DNA from: Setoptus koraiensis
Taxonomy: Eukaryota > Animalia > Arthropoda
Assembly: GCA_048013815.1 (NCBI GenBank)
Contig: CM106586.1
Span: 12,772,001-12,836,000 of the forward strand
Direction: 5' to 3'
Length of the DNA: 64,000 nt
The translations under genes were made by a program, and so were the position numbers. Numbering within the stretch: position 1 is the first letter of the stretch; the number at the start of each line of letters is the position of its first letter. Of this stretch, positions 25,280 to 37,250 are shown in pieces. The notes under the pieces are model-generated. The model did no database searches, was not told where the DNA came from, and saw only the letters and a program-made list of their open reading frames with translations.

Positions 25280-26085
25280 AAATGACATTCCCTACGGTAA
25301 AACGGAACAGGCTTGCATCAGTTACAAGGACATCAACAGGGCCGTTGAGCTGGCCAAGAGCAAGCTCAAATTCAACAAAAAAACCATCACTGACGCTCTC
25401 ACCAAGACGCTTGAGCCCAGCGAGCCCGCAGTGGCGGCCATAGGCGAAGTGAACATGGCGGTTACGCAAATACTGGCGGACAAATTTGACCTGTCAAACG
25501 ACGAAATACTCAACGGACTGCCACTCATAGATATGTCAAAAACGAAATTTTGGAAATTTTGCCCCCTGCTGGTCATACCAATCAAGTGCGAACAATCGCG
25601 CTTCAGGACGTTCACAGGCCACTGCAACAATCATCTGCACCCCACTTGGGGCGCCGCTCTCACGCCCTTTGCCCGGTACCTGCCGCCCGTGCACCCGGAC
25701 GGCATTTGGGAGCCAAGGAAGTCGATAATTACCGAGATAACATACGAGCTCACCAGTGGTCATCACGAGACCGTCGCCAATCATCAGGGCCTAGTCGAGG
25801 GGCATCGTGTGAACGCGGACGAGGACAACAACGACCACGATCACGACCACCACCACTCGCCCACGCACCACAGTGACGACGGCGAGCAGGCGGCCGCCTC
25901 CGCCTCCGTTTACACGCCCCACTTTCCCGGCAAATCGCGACCCCTGGAACTGCCCTCGGCCAGACTGGTCACGTCCGTTGTTCACCGGGACATCAACCTG
26001 CCATCGCATGAATTCTCCATTCTGTTCATGAGCTGGGGTCAGCTTCTCGATCACGACATGTCGCGAGCGGCGCAGCTGCCACCAG
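25280..26085 (+). CDS. Heme peroxidase exon 2
   Basis: GLPLIDMSKT..CP..C...FRTFTGHCNNHLHPTWGA..FARYLPP and distal-His motif WGQLLDHD; donor CAG|GTGAGT at 26086. Confidence 0.93.
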
Positions 26086-26205
26086 GTGAGTGCGACGCCC
26101 GGTCGCCCGACGGCCCGATGGCATGCAAATGGGACCGACTCTTTCCCCTGTTTGTTTGCTCGTTTAATTGTGCCGCTGCTGACCAGTTCTTCTCGCCCCT
26201 CCCCC

Positions 26206-26280
26206 CCTCGTTCTCGTCAAATACCCGTTCTCGTCAAATACCCGCTCTCGCCAAATGCCCGCTCTCGCCAAATGCCCGCT
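26206..26280. repeat. 17-bp tandem repeat in peroxidase intron 2
   Basis: CCCGTTCTCGTCAAATA / CCCGCTCTCGCCAAATG x~4, ending at the 3' splice site. Confidence 0.9.
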
Positions 26281-26282
26281 AG

Positions 26283-26444
26283 ATGTCAAATGCTGCCCCG
26301 GAAACGGGACGAGCGGCCAGGCGCGCAACAAGCTCTGCCTGCCCATATCCGTTCCAGAGGAGGATCCCTTCTACGGCCGCTTCGGCGTGAAATGTCTCGA
26401 GTTCAAGCGCTCGCTGGCGGGACTGCGGCCCAACTGTGTTCTAG
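26283..26444 (+). CDS. Heme peroxidase exon 3
   Basis: DVKCC...LCLPISVPEEDPFY..CLEFKRS..CVLG; acceptor TAG at 26282; ends at GC donor AG|GCAAGT. Confidence 0.9.
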
Positions 26445-26617
26445 GCAAGTATCGTTCGCTCAACTAGCGACTATTTTTTATTTTTTTACCATTTTTTATC
26501 AACTATTTTATCTGAATCGCATCTCAACTCACACACATTATACGCGTCATCTCGCCACCTTGTCATGTAATTATGCAATTGGTATGACCGTGCGACTGGT
26601 AATCATGTAATCAACAG

Positions 26618-27421
26618 GCCCGCGGGTGCACCAGAACGCCATCACGGCGCCCATCGACGCCAATTTCGTCTACGGCTCCTCCGCGGCAATGGCAAACAAT
26701 TTGCGCCTGTTCAAGGGGGGCAAGTTGAGGTCGCGCGACTGGTTCAAGAAGCAGGGCCTCAAGCCGCTGCTGCCCCCGCAAGAGGTTGAGCCCGATTTGG
26801 AGTGCATTGGCCGGCCGAAGAATTTGTTTTGCTTTTTGGCGGGCGATGTGCGCGCCAACGAGCAAACTCACCTGACTGTTTTGCACACTTTGTACATGCG
26901 GGACCACAATCGTATGGCCCATCGCTTGGGCCAACTGAATCCTCATTGGAACGACGACAGGATATATCACGAAACGAGACACATAATGGCGGCCACGGTG
27001 CAAAATGCCCTACTGAACGAGTATCTGCCATTGTTGATTGGCCAAAAAATGTGCCATTTGTACAATTTAACACAATCGTCTCGGGGCGACTATTGGCGCG
27101 GCTACGATCCCACTGTCACCACCAGCGTATCCAATTCCTTTGCAGCGGCCGCCTTCCGCCAGGGTCACACATTCATTCAGGGCACCGTGGACAAATACAA
27201 CAAATATCATCAGTTTATAGCCAGCGAGCGGCTCAGGCATCTGTTCAAGCAGCCATTCCTGTTGTACGAGCCAGGGGTGCTGGATCAGTTGACCAGTGGC
27301 CTGATAAATCAGCCAACGCAATCGTATGATCCGTTCATGTCGGAGGACATATCGGGCCACTTGTTTCAGCAGCCCAAACAGGAGTTCGGGCACGACTTGC
27401 CGGCCATCAACTTGCAGCGAG
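26618..27421 (+). CDS. Heme peroxidase exon 4
   Basis: GPRVHQNAITAPIDANFVYGS, distal GDVRANEQ, RDHNR, proximal-His AAAFRQGH, DLPAINLQRG; donor G|GTGAGC at 27422. Confidence 0.95.
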
Positions 27422-27560
27422 GTGAGCATTTGTCTTCACACTCCACGTGTGACTTGAATCGCATTTATTTGTTTGCGCTATGAAACTGTCGACAACTGTC
27501 TAACCAATCTCATTAATCTCACAAATCTTGATACAATGCAAAATAATATCGTGCCCGCAG

Positions 27561-28066
27561 GACGCGAACAGGGCCTGCCGGGCTACAACATATTCAGAGA
27601 ATGGTGCGGCTTGCCCCGAGCCGAGACATTCCACGACTTGGAGCCTTTCCTCACCAACAAGACGGCCTTTTTGTATTCGCGACTGTACAAGCACGTCGAC
27701 GACATCGACCTGTGGTCGGGCGGTGTCTCAGAGAGAAAACTTCCCGGCGCCGCCATCGGGCCCACTTTTGCTTGCATAATAGCGAGACAATTCTCCAATA
27801 CTAGACGCGGCGACAAATACTGGTTCGAGAATCCTGGCTTCGCCTCGTCATTCACACCAGATCAATTGATTGAATTGCGCAAATCAAATTTGGCCAAATT
27901 ACTTTGTGAAAACAGCGACGATTTGCCAACTATACAACGATGGGCGCTTAGAATGCCACATCCGGTTCTAAATCCGCGCACCGCTTGCGAAGATATACCT
28001 GACATAGATTTGCGCTATTGGCAAGAGGATAAGCACACTGGTCACTATTATAATTCGAGGGCCTGA
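27561..28066 (+). CDS. Heme peroxidase exon 5; whole gene ~1207 aa, animal heme peroxidase of Curly Su (CG5873)/chorion peroxidase type
   Basis: REQGLPGY..CGL, DIDLWSGGVSE, GPTFACII..QF..RRGD.YWFE, FTPDQL.EL, LLCEN, NPRTAC. The five exons sum to 3624 nt with consistent phases. Curly Su similarity is from recalled family motifs. Confidence 0.95.
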
Positions 28067-28762
28067 TTTGGTGTGTTTGTTGTCATTCTCGAGCCTCTAT
28101 CGGCTAACAAATTACCTTGTTACTGACGGTTCTTCGGAAACCGACTTTCCAACAACGCTAACACTGTCAAAACATGTGACCCAGGGCTTTTAACACCAGC
28201 AGAATACGAATAACGGCAATGTCACTCGCGGCACCCTGTAGAAACAATAAATATTTATTATTTCCCCCCACACCACAAACGAAACAACCTTTTCAAGCAC
28301 CCGTTCATTTATCCCTCTGCTGTCTGTATTATTGTGCGTTATACATCATGTATAATACTAGCACCATATTGTCAGAAGTTAAATTCTTGGTGTAAATTTT
28401 AGTCAACTTGCTGTTAAATATCTCCTTGGCGGCCAGAATGTCTTTTTTTATTGTTGACTATCCGATAAATGGTCGATACATGGACTCCTTATTTCTTTGC
28501 CATTTTTACTTCCGTTCTCCTTCTCGTATTCGCTTATGATCATCGCTTTCTTCCTAATATCGTTATTTGTTTGAGGCATCTCGATGATCTGGATAATATA
28601 AGAAGTTATAAATAATAATATAATCACATTTTTGAGATAGAAAAACGATGAGAAAGAAAAAGAGAGAAGTCTCGACACACAAAAACTTCGGCACCATACA
28701 GCACGTGGTGTCTTGACTCTAGAAAATTCAAGAATTCCCACATTTATTTGGGTTCACGCACG

Positions 28763-28944
28763 TGTAATGAACGGACAGACGAGGGTATCTCGGGGTAGTT
28801 CTATATCTGAAAAAGTACTTGTACTTGCTAGGATTCGAACCTAGACACTTGAATATACGTTTCAATGCTCTGCCAGTTAAGCTACAAGTCGGTTCCTTTA
28901 TCAGTGTAGACTATATCCCTTATATGCATACCCTGTCCGTTACA
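28763..28944 (-). mobile_element. LTR-like unit (TG...CA, 182 bp) containing a tRNA-like Pol III cassette, preceded by a polypurine tract
   Basis: Minus strand begins TGTAACGGACAGGGTAT and ends ATACCC..CTGTCCGTTCATTACA (imperfect terminal inverted repeat); immediately preceded by AAAGCGGGGGGA (28945-28956). Confidence 0.65.
28820..28891 (-). tRNA. tRNA-like sequence (GTA anticodon position), probably pseudo-tRNA or SINE-type head
   Basis: 72-nt cloverleaf: T8A9, D-stem GCTT/GAGC with GG in the loop, anticodon stem TTGAA/TTCAA, T-arm CTAGG-TTCGAAT-CCTAG, TTTTT terminator at 28810-28814. Acceptor stem only 5/7 paired and loop ACGTATA lacks U33. Confidence 0.7.
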
Positions 28945-29802
28945 TCCCCCCGCTTTAATGCTCGGGTTGTTGTTGGTCTTGGCTGGTTTGTTCCACTGTG
29001 GATGGTGATAGTTAATGGGTGGAATAGGTTAGATGCGGAGTTGTTGTGGGTGTTTTATACCTCTGGAGGTAAGTGTTGGGTAAGTTTTTACCAAGCTACC
29101 TCGTAAAAGTTCGATTGCAGAGCCTGCCGGCCGTCGACTCTCGTTGGTCGCGCTTTCTTCTGCAGGGTGCAATCGCGTTTTGCAAGGTAGCAGGGCAGAG
29201 CGGGTGCCCTCTTACTTTTTATCCAGTTGGCTGTTGGCTTGTGCAGTGTTGTGTATACCTCAAGAGGTGTATATGGCGGAGTGGGCGTGGCTGTCGTTGG
29301 TTATTGGACCAGGGCTTCCGCGGCCTTTTGTATTTTGGGATGGGCGTGGCTAATTTGAGATCTTAGCTTGTGGCTGGTTTAGCCCTCAAGAGGGCTTTGT
29401 TGTAGCTTTAAGAGGGGTGCGTGGTCAGACCTCACGTCTTTGTGCTTATTTGTACCACTTTCTGGTGTTCGTAGGCGAACCTCCAAGTAAGGGCTCTGAT
29501 CTATTTGAGATGTTGTCTCGGAGCTGGTCTGATCACGACTGATCTTTGTCGACCAGCCGTGGCTTTATTTATAGGGGCAATCTGCTGAGGTCAGCAGATT
29601 GCCCATTTACATGTCTTTAGCCTGTGGCGCGCACTTGTCGCGCTTGGCCGTGCTGCATGGTGTTTACAGCACCATGCACGGCCGTAGCGCGGCGAGTGCG
29701 CGCCAGATGTGTTAGCACTTTGTGAGCGCTACACACGCGCAGAGAAAAGGATTCGCATTTCAGCGACTTTCGCATTACAGCTGCCTCGACTGTAACTCAA
29801 TA

Positions 29803-31124
29803 AAGTCAAAAGCGTTGGACAGCCAAAAAGTTCGATATGAGCATGTGCAGCTGCTAATTACGCGGCGGATTTGACCCACATGTGGTTTTCTATTTCTGTT
29901 TTCTGTTGCATATGATGACAACAACCGAAAATACACGGTGTCCAACAACAGTTGACCGAAAGTTGGCTTAGAAGTTTCAAGCTGCGTTACAATATAACGG
30001 ACTTCAAAATTTGCGGTGAACATCTATCTTGTGATTTTATTGCCGCCCGAGATTACCAACTTAATGAAATACCCCGTATACTGGGTGTTGCAAAACCAGC
30101 TCGTATCTTCAGCATGGACGAAACAGGGCTTTTTTGGAAGAAGTTGCCATCCAAAACATTGGCCAGAAAGGGTTCAAAAGTACATGGTGTCAAGTTTGAT
30201 AAGAGTGCCTATACCATTGCGTTTTTTGTCAGTATGGATGATGAGAAATTGAAGCCAATTGTTATAGAGTACGATGGACGTCCGCGATGTCTCAAAAACA
30301 AAAAAAAATCCCAGTTGGCTATTACTTCAATAAGAATGCATGGATGACCAAAGAAATCTATTCAGATATTATTTGCAAGCTGCACGAGCACTTTGTTGCA
30401 TTTCAAGAGCATATCATATTGATAGCTGACAATTTCTCTGGACATGACATTGATACCAGATCATTTCCAAGGATACAATCGCGGCAATAAATGATCGCTC
30501 AGGGGAGTAGGACGAGCGCGTCTTTTCCCTCTATGCGCAGAATCGTCATTTGTGAGGCCGAGGGGCAGATGTTCTGTTCGTTTCAAATTCGCGCTCGGTT
30601 CTGCGCATGGAACACGCGCTACTCCTACCCCCTGAGCGATAATTTATTGCCGCGATTGTACAGTTCGAATTTTCACCACCGAATACCACTTCAAGTGCAG
30701 CCGCTTGACCAGGGTGTCATAAATTCATTCAAAAAATTCTATACTGCCCATGTTATGAAGCACATCTATAACCATTATCTTAGAGAAAATACATTGTTAA
30801 GAGTGGAGAAAAGTTTCACCCTGTATGATTCTTTAGTTTGGGTCGAAAAAGCATGGGGCGAAGTCAAGAAAACAACAATTCAGAATTGCTGGCACCATGC
30901 TGGCTTCAAAAAAGATGGTGATGAACCAATGATTGTAGATGATAGTGATGAAGAAATAAGTGAGATATTCGCACGAGCGACAAATTTGTTTGAGAATCCG
31001 ATCTCTTTAGACTCATACTTGTATGATGTATGTTGATAAAATAAAGTTTTTAGTACTTCTCCATTTACTCTATGCGCCAATCTGCCTCGGTCCCGAAATT
31101 TTGGCCGTTCAACGCTTTTGACTG
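29803..31124 (+). mobile_element. Decayed pogo/Tigger-like (DDE_1, CENP-B-related) DNA transposon
   Basis: ~26-bp imperfect TIRs (AGTCAAAAGCGTTG..GCCAAAA) flanked by TA. Transposase motifs WLRSFKLRYNI, MDETGLFWK, NAWMT, DNFSGH, PPNTTS, QPLDQGVINSFK, AW..V..TTIQNCW; frameshifts; N-terminus truncated. Confidence 0.9.
30476..30658. mobile_element. 183-bp MITE nested in the pogo transposase, TA target-site duplication
   Basis: Perfect terminal IR TACAATCGCGGCAATAAAT/ATTTATTGCCGCGATTGTA including the TA; removing it restores the frame HDIDTRSFPRIQFEFSPPNTTS. Confidence 0.9.
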
Positions 31125-31505
31125 TAGGGAGTTTTCAAAGTTTTGTCATAAGCAGAACTGTTTAGGTTCAGAACCGATTTGCCCTACCCTACTGATGACA
31201 TTGAAAAGATACATTATTTCCATAAAACATTAGTCCAGATACAGAAATGGAGCTGTCAGCTCATGATGGCGTTTAAAATTAGACATCAAAATGCCGATAC
31301 CAGTTTGAAAATGAAACGAGCTTCGCTAGATGAAGTGTAAATAGTGGCAGGTACAAACCTCGAGTCCTTAGTTATTTCACTAGGGAGGCGAATTTAAGTA
31401 GCTCAAGAAAAACATTTTCAAAGTTTTGTATCGGAATTCCAGATACCAGTTAAAAATAGACTTTCAGGTACAACTTTTAAATGCCGAGACCTTCTCGATC
31501 TATAG

Positions 31506-31543
31506 TATAAATAGCGACATATATGAACCTCGGAGCATCATTT
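31506..31543 (+). promoter_or_regulatory. Candidate TATA box and initiator for the downstream secreted-protein gene
   Basis: TATAAATA at 31506, TCATTT at 31538; followed by a plausible 5'-UTR intron (AAG|GTAAGA ... AACAG|CAAAATG). Confidence 0.5.
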
Positions 31544-31698
31544 ATTGTATCTAGAAAGGTAAGATTCCTTTGCACGATAAGTATTTTTCCAACAAATCTA
31601 ATAAATTCAAGTCTTAGAGGAAGCTCCTTTCCAGTTAATTTGTGACCAGAAATTGTATCGAAGATAAAAATTGGAAGCTCTGTAAGCATAACAGCAAA

Positions 31699-32958
31699 AT
31701 GGCTCAACTGAAACTGCTCGCTATTGTCTACGTGATATGTGCTTGTTTAATTTACTCTTCTGACGCCGAAGCTATCAGCAAAGAGGGATGCGTTTCCTCA
31801 GTGAAAGCAATAGATACGATTCCTGCATTTCTGCAGTTCGCAGAGATAGCGCTCGAAACCGATAACACGGATGGATTGAGCGAGGGAAAAAAAGCGATTC
31901 TCAACAGGTGTATTCGCAGTGTAAATGGTTTCGATGATATCCGGGCGCTGAAGGAAATTGTCCAACAAGCTGGCACGCGTCATTCTGTGTGCGAGCCCGA
32001 CTTTGCAGATGAATTGTTGCAATTTCACAAACAGTTAAAAGCCAATGCCAGTCATGGTAAATATTTCAAACGTATACAAAAGAATAGATTGGCTCGCTTT
32101 TTCCGACTTCTAGCAGGTCAAGTTGCTCTGACTTGTAAGAAATCTTTGGCGGAAAAACTACAATCGGCAGAGAATAGTAATCCTGCTTTAGTAGAGAGTC
32201 TAGACAGAGTGATTGCCATGTCAGAGGCGAAAAAGACAAAACTTGATGAGAGCCACATCAAGGATCTTTCGAAAAGCACGCGCAAGCTGCTGAGTATCGC
32301 CATGAAATACACCCCCGATGTGTTTACAAAAGTAGAAAATCTCATACTGACTGAATCACTGAAACCCACACAAGATTCCGAGTTTTCCATGGCTATGACA
32401 TTGAATACACAGAGTATGGTAGACGAGTTTGTAGCAAGCAGAAGAGCGTGCAACCTTATCGAACAATTCGCTCAGAGCTCGATATACACGATTTCTCGGT
32501 TGGCCTGGAAAGGATATTTGGCCCGAAACGATGCTGAAAGCTTAGATAGAAGTCTGAGCAGCGATCCGAGGCTCCAGAAATGGATCAAAGCTGTTCAATT
32601 CTGTCAAGGTGTTCTGCTCATAGAAGCCAGAGTCGATTTAGAGGAAGATGTGAAAGAAAAAATGGACCAAGGGATGTTGAATGACGAAAATTTATTCACT
32701 GTCAACCTGGACAAGAAAAAAAAATCGGGGCGACCGGTGCACAAATTCGAGCAAGCTGACAACTTCAATTCTTTCGATACAGATATCGAATGTTACACGC
32801 AAACAAGCGGAGTTGCCGGATGGCTGCAGAGACGCTTGGGTAGCAAGGCTGAACTCGCAGTGTCCCAACTATTCAAAGTCAATGTTCTCGACGAATCAAT
32901 TAAGCAATCGTTGGCCGAAGATCAGGATGACCCCGAGGGTGCAGTTCAATTCGGCTCT
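31699..32958 (+). CDS. Orphan secreted protein, partial (runs into gap), >420 aa
   Basis: ATG in CAAAATG context; signal peptide MAQLKLLAIVYVICACLIYSSDAEA; open frame to the gap; helical, with scattered Cys; no family recognised. Confidence 0.8.
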
Positions 32959-33458
32959 NNNNNNNNNNNNNNNNNNNNNNNNNNNNNNNNNNNNNNNNNN
33001 NNNNNNNNNNNNNNNNNNNNNNNNNNNNNNNNNNNNNNNNNNNNNNNNNNNNNNNNNNNNNNNNNNNNNNNNNNNNNNNNNNNNNNNNNNNNNNNNNNNN
33101 NNNNNNNNNNNNNNNNNNNNNNNNNNNNNNNNNNNNNNNNNNNNNNNNNNNNNNNNNNNNNNNNNNNNNNNNNNNNNNNNNNNNNNNNNNNNNNNNNNNN
33201 NNNNNNNNNNNNNNNNNNNNNNNNNNNNNNNNNNNNNNNNNNNNNNNNNNNNNNNNNNNNNNNNNNNNNNNNNNNNNNNNNNNNNNNNNNNNNNNNNNNN
33301 NNNNNNNNNNNNNNNNNNNNNNNNNNNNNNNNNNNNNNNNNNNNNNNNNNNNNNNNNNNNNNNNNNNNNNNNNNNNNNNNNNNNNNNNNNNNNNNNNNNN
33401 NNNNNNNNNNNNNNNNNNNNNNNNNNNNNNNNNNNNNNNNNNNNNNNNNNNNNNNNNN
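32959..33458. other. Assembly gap (500 N)
   Basis: Run of N. Confidence 1.
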
Positions 33459-34610
33459 AAATAATAAATATAAAAAATAAATAAATTAATAAAAATAAAA
33501 TATAAAATAAAAATAATTAAAAAAATAATAATTAATATAAAATATAATAAAATAAAAAAATTAAATAAAATAAAAAATATTATAAAATAATAATAAAATA
33601 AAAATATAATAAATAAAAAAAATATAAAAATAAATTATAAAAAATAAATAAAATTAAAAAAATAAATAAAATTAATAAAATAAATAATAAAAATAAATAA
33701 AATAATAAATTATAAATAAAAATAAAATAAAATAATATAAAATTATAAATAAAAAAAAATATAAAATAATATAAAAATAAAATAAATTAATTAAAATATA
33801 AAAAAATATAAAAAAATAATAAAATATAAAAATAAAATATAAAATAATAAATAAAAATAAAAAAATTATAAATAATAAAAATAAAAAAAATATAAAATAT
33901 ATATTAAATAAAAATATTAAAAATAAAATAAAATATAAAAAAATAAAAATATAAAAAAATAAAATAAATAAAAAAATATTAATAATAAAATAATAAAAAA
34001 ATTATAAATAATAAAATAAAATAATATAAAAATAGTTAAAAAAAAATAATTAAATAAAAAATATAAATAATAATAAAAAATTAAAAATTATAATAAAAAT
34101 ATAAAAAAATAAAATATAATAAAAAAATAATAAAAAAAATAAAAATAAAAAAAATAAAAATAATAATAATATATAAATAAAAATAAATAATATAAATAAA
34201 ATAAAAAATATTAAAAATAATAAAAAAAATAAATATTTAAAAAAAATATATATTAAAAAAAATAAAAAATTAAAAACAAAAAAATAAAAATAAAAAAAAA
34301 AAAATAAAAAATAATTTAAATAATAATAAAAAATAATAAAATATAAAATAATATAAAATAAATAAAAAAATAAAAAAAAAATATAATTAAATAAAAATAA
34401 ATATTATATAAAATATTAATATATAAATATTATTTATAAAAAAAATTATTAATATATAAAATAAAAAATAAAAAAATAAAAAATATTATAATAAAATATA
34501 TTATTTATAAAATAAAAATATATAAAATAAATATATATATATATTAAAATATATATATAAAATTAATAAAAAAAATTTAAAAATATATATAAAAAATAAA
34601 TAAAAAAATT
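33459..34610. repeat. ~1.15-kb almost purely A/T, A-rich low-complexity tract
   Basis: Only a couple of G/C bases; no clear period; abuts the gap. Confidence 0.95.
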
Positions 34611-36284
34611 CTGTCGCAACAAATCGTAGTCGCTATCGACAAGTTCGCTTGTTTCTTCAGTCCAATACAACACAAATCAGCGGCTGAAATAGTTTTGTTT
34701 GTCTCTTGTCTCTAATGTTTTTGTGAATCAAATGAGCCATGTGCAGATTTGACATTGAATGATTGATTGATTGGTTCACCGTAAAGCATTGTTGCAAATA
34801 TTCATCCATAAATCCATCAATGGTTATCATCATTAGTATCATTGGTTATCACGATCAATGTTCGTCACAACATTTGCTCAATTGTGTGAATCTTGTGACT
34901 ACCTATCAATTTGACACTTAAGTTTTGCTTATTCTCACTTTTTTTTTTCTCGCATGCTCTATCAATGGAGATGCTGCTAATTAGCTCTCCGTGCTACAAC
35001 AAACGATAGAAAGAGCTCTAGGCATAGAGCGATTCCAATCAAGCCATTCTAATATGACATTAATTATTTATCTATTATTGTTTTCTGGTGAGGGAAGGGT
35101 GCGATTGGCGCCAACAATTCACACATCGCATTAATATTTAGACACAAGCTGTAATCAATAATTATTATGACAAGATTGCGAAATGAAATAAACACTTTTT
35201 CACTGATTGCAATGCACTAGTTTGTTCTATCTCTTACCTCTGACATGATGGATATGACAAACAACTCAATCGACGCATTGGGCGCATTTATACCATTTCA
35301 CGCATTGCATAGTTGCGAGTCTAATAATGTCTAATATCAGATAAATTACACGATAGTTTTTTTGCATTCGCTTCCCAGCTCAATTCATAAATGTAACTGC
35401 GCCCACGACAATGTGACTGCTCGACGCTGGGTTTTAAATTTGTGATTGAGTTCAATCAATTCATGCCACTAACAATCGTTACAGGCGTAGGTGATTGGTA
35501 AAAAACTAATAATTACCTAATTAGATTTGAATAGATCAACGCCAACTTGTTAGTACTAGTTGGCTAATGATGAATTAAACTATACACTTATAGGCAATGG
35601 TGAATGGAAGAGACAAACTTCAACTATCAATAGAATATAACCAATTGATTGACTATCACAAACATTTTCGTTGTTGTCTCATTTATTGCGCAATCATTTG
35701 GAAAACTCAAATAAGTTGTGAGCTATTACAAAAATCATCAATGCAATTATAATTTAGATGGAACATGCAAAACCTAAATGCAAGAATAAGGAGCCGACAG
35801 TTGTTATTGTAGATGAACAAATACAAATGAACACACAACGCAGCCAACGAAACATACAAGCAACACAAGAATCGTTCCAACAAAGACAATTTTATTCAGT
35901 GACAAGCTAGTTGATACATGTAATAACCAGCAACGTATATATAGGTCAATTGGTCAAAATAACAAGTGTACAAGTGTCATTTAGATCAACTAACTAAATT
36001 AGAACACACATCAGTGACAAACAAACGACAGATGAGTTTAATTATTGTAATCAACTGTTGTTTTACATGCTTGCAATCAATCAATCAGATACGATTATTG
36101 ATATAACGATACGCGGATGTGAATCGCTAACGATCGGTTCTATTGTCTGTGTTGTTGTTGTTATTGTGGCGGCATTTATTTATGCAACACCCAACAGACA
36201 ATAAATTGAGAAAATAGATAGAAAAAGAAACAAATGTTATCATTAGCTGAAAATACTATTGAATTTGAAAGCAACAACAGAATC

Positions 36285-36983
36285 ATGCATTCGCATTGGC
36301 CATCGTCACATGTTGGGCCCGCCAACAACAATAGATTATCTGTTGTCGGGGGCGCCATCATTATTCTCATTATAATGTTGAGCGCCATTGTTTTGGCAGT
36401 CGACAGTAGAGATTTGTTTGAAATTAAGTCAATGGCAGGTCAATGGAAAAATCACAAGCAAACTGACACAGATGATAGCTCATTGATAAGACCGCAAACT
36501 AGAAGAAATCAACACAACATAGACCACGCAGACTATTCACAATGGAGCAACATTGAATCTGGAGCAAAATCACCGGCATCATTGGTGTCGGGCTCCAATC
36601 ACGGTGTGGGGTCTTATTTCGGGCAAATACTGAAAAACGGTTCGTTAAACTATAGGCAACAGCCGGCGCAAAACGCACGCAATTACCGGGCCTCAGACGA
36701 CAACTACGCCCAAGATGAAAGGCAAAAGGTTCACGCTTTCAGAAAATCATTGCTAGAAAAAATGTTGCGACAGTACTACGGCAAAATATTGGGCCAAACT
36801 CTGCAAACACATAGGCCCACAATAATTGAGTCTCGCGTTGTGTCTAAACGTCACAAGGAGCTGGTGCCGGACGCGAGTCAGGCCCCATCCCTGTCTGACA
36901 GATTGGTGCCAATTGTGTGGGCGCCAGCAACAGCCTCAACTGTGCCAAAGCACCCCATCGAGGACCATTACCTGTCGTTAGTG
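36285..36983 (+). CDS. AstC: Allatostatin C precursor exon 1
   Basis: Hydrophobic signal-like stretch GGAIIILIIMLSAIVLA; donor GTG|GTAAGT (phase 0) matches acceptor AACAG|GAA at 37251. An alternative in-frame ATG lies at 36234. Confidence 0.7.
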
Positions 36984-37250
36984 GTAAGTATTAGCCAGTT
37001 GACTCTGACAGTTGACAGTTCACAAGAGTCAACTGACTGAATGTGGGTCAATTGACTGATCGCCGGTCGCTTGGCGCCATTTCAACTGGCCAATTAGTGG
37101 TCTAATCGAGACTAATCTCGTAGCGAAATTGACGAATTGTTTGTCAAATATCTGCGCATCTAATCTAATCCTCCCCCGCCCCCCCAATCGTTTTTTCTCG
37201 TCACGCAAACCAACGATTGTTGTTGTTGTCAATGCTTGATGTTTTAACAG

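Noticed and set aside
28448-28600. IRKKAMIISEYEKENGSK resembling a CENP-B/pogo N-terminal HTH
   Set aside because: Too short, opposite strand to the pogo relic and without TIR support.
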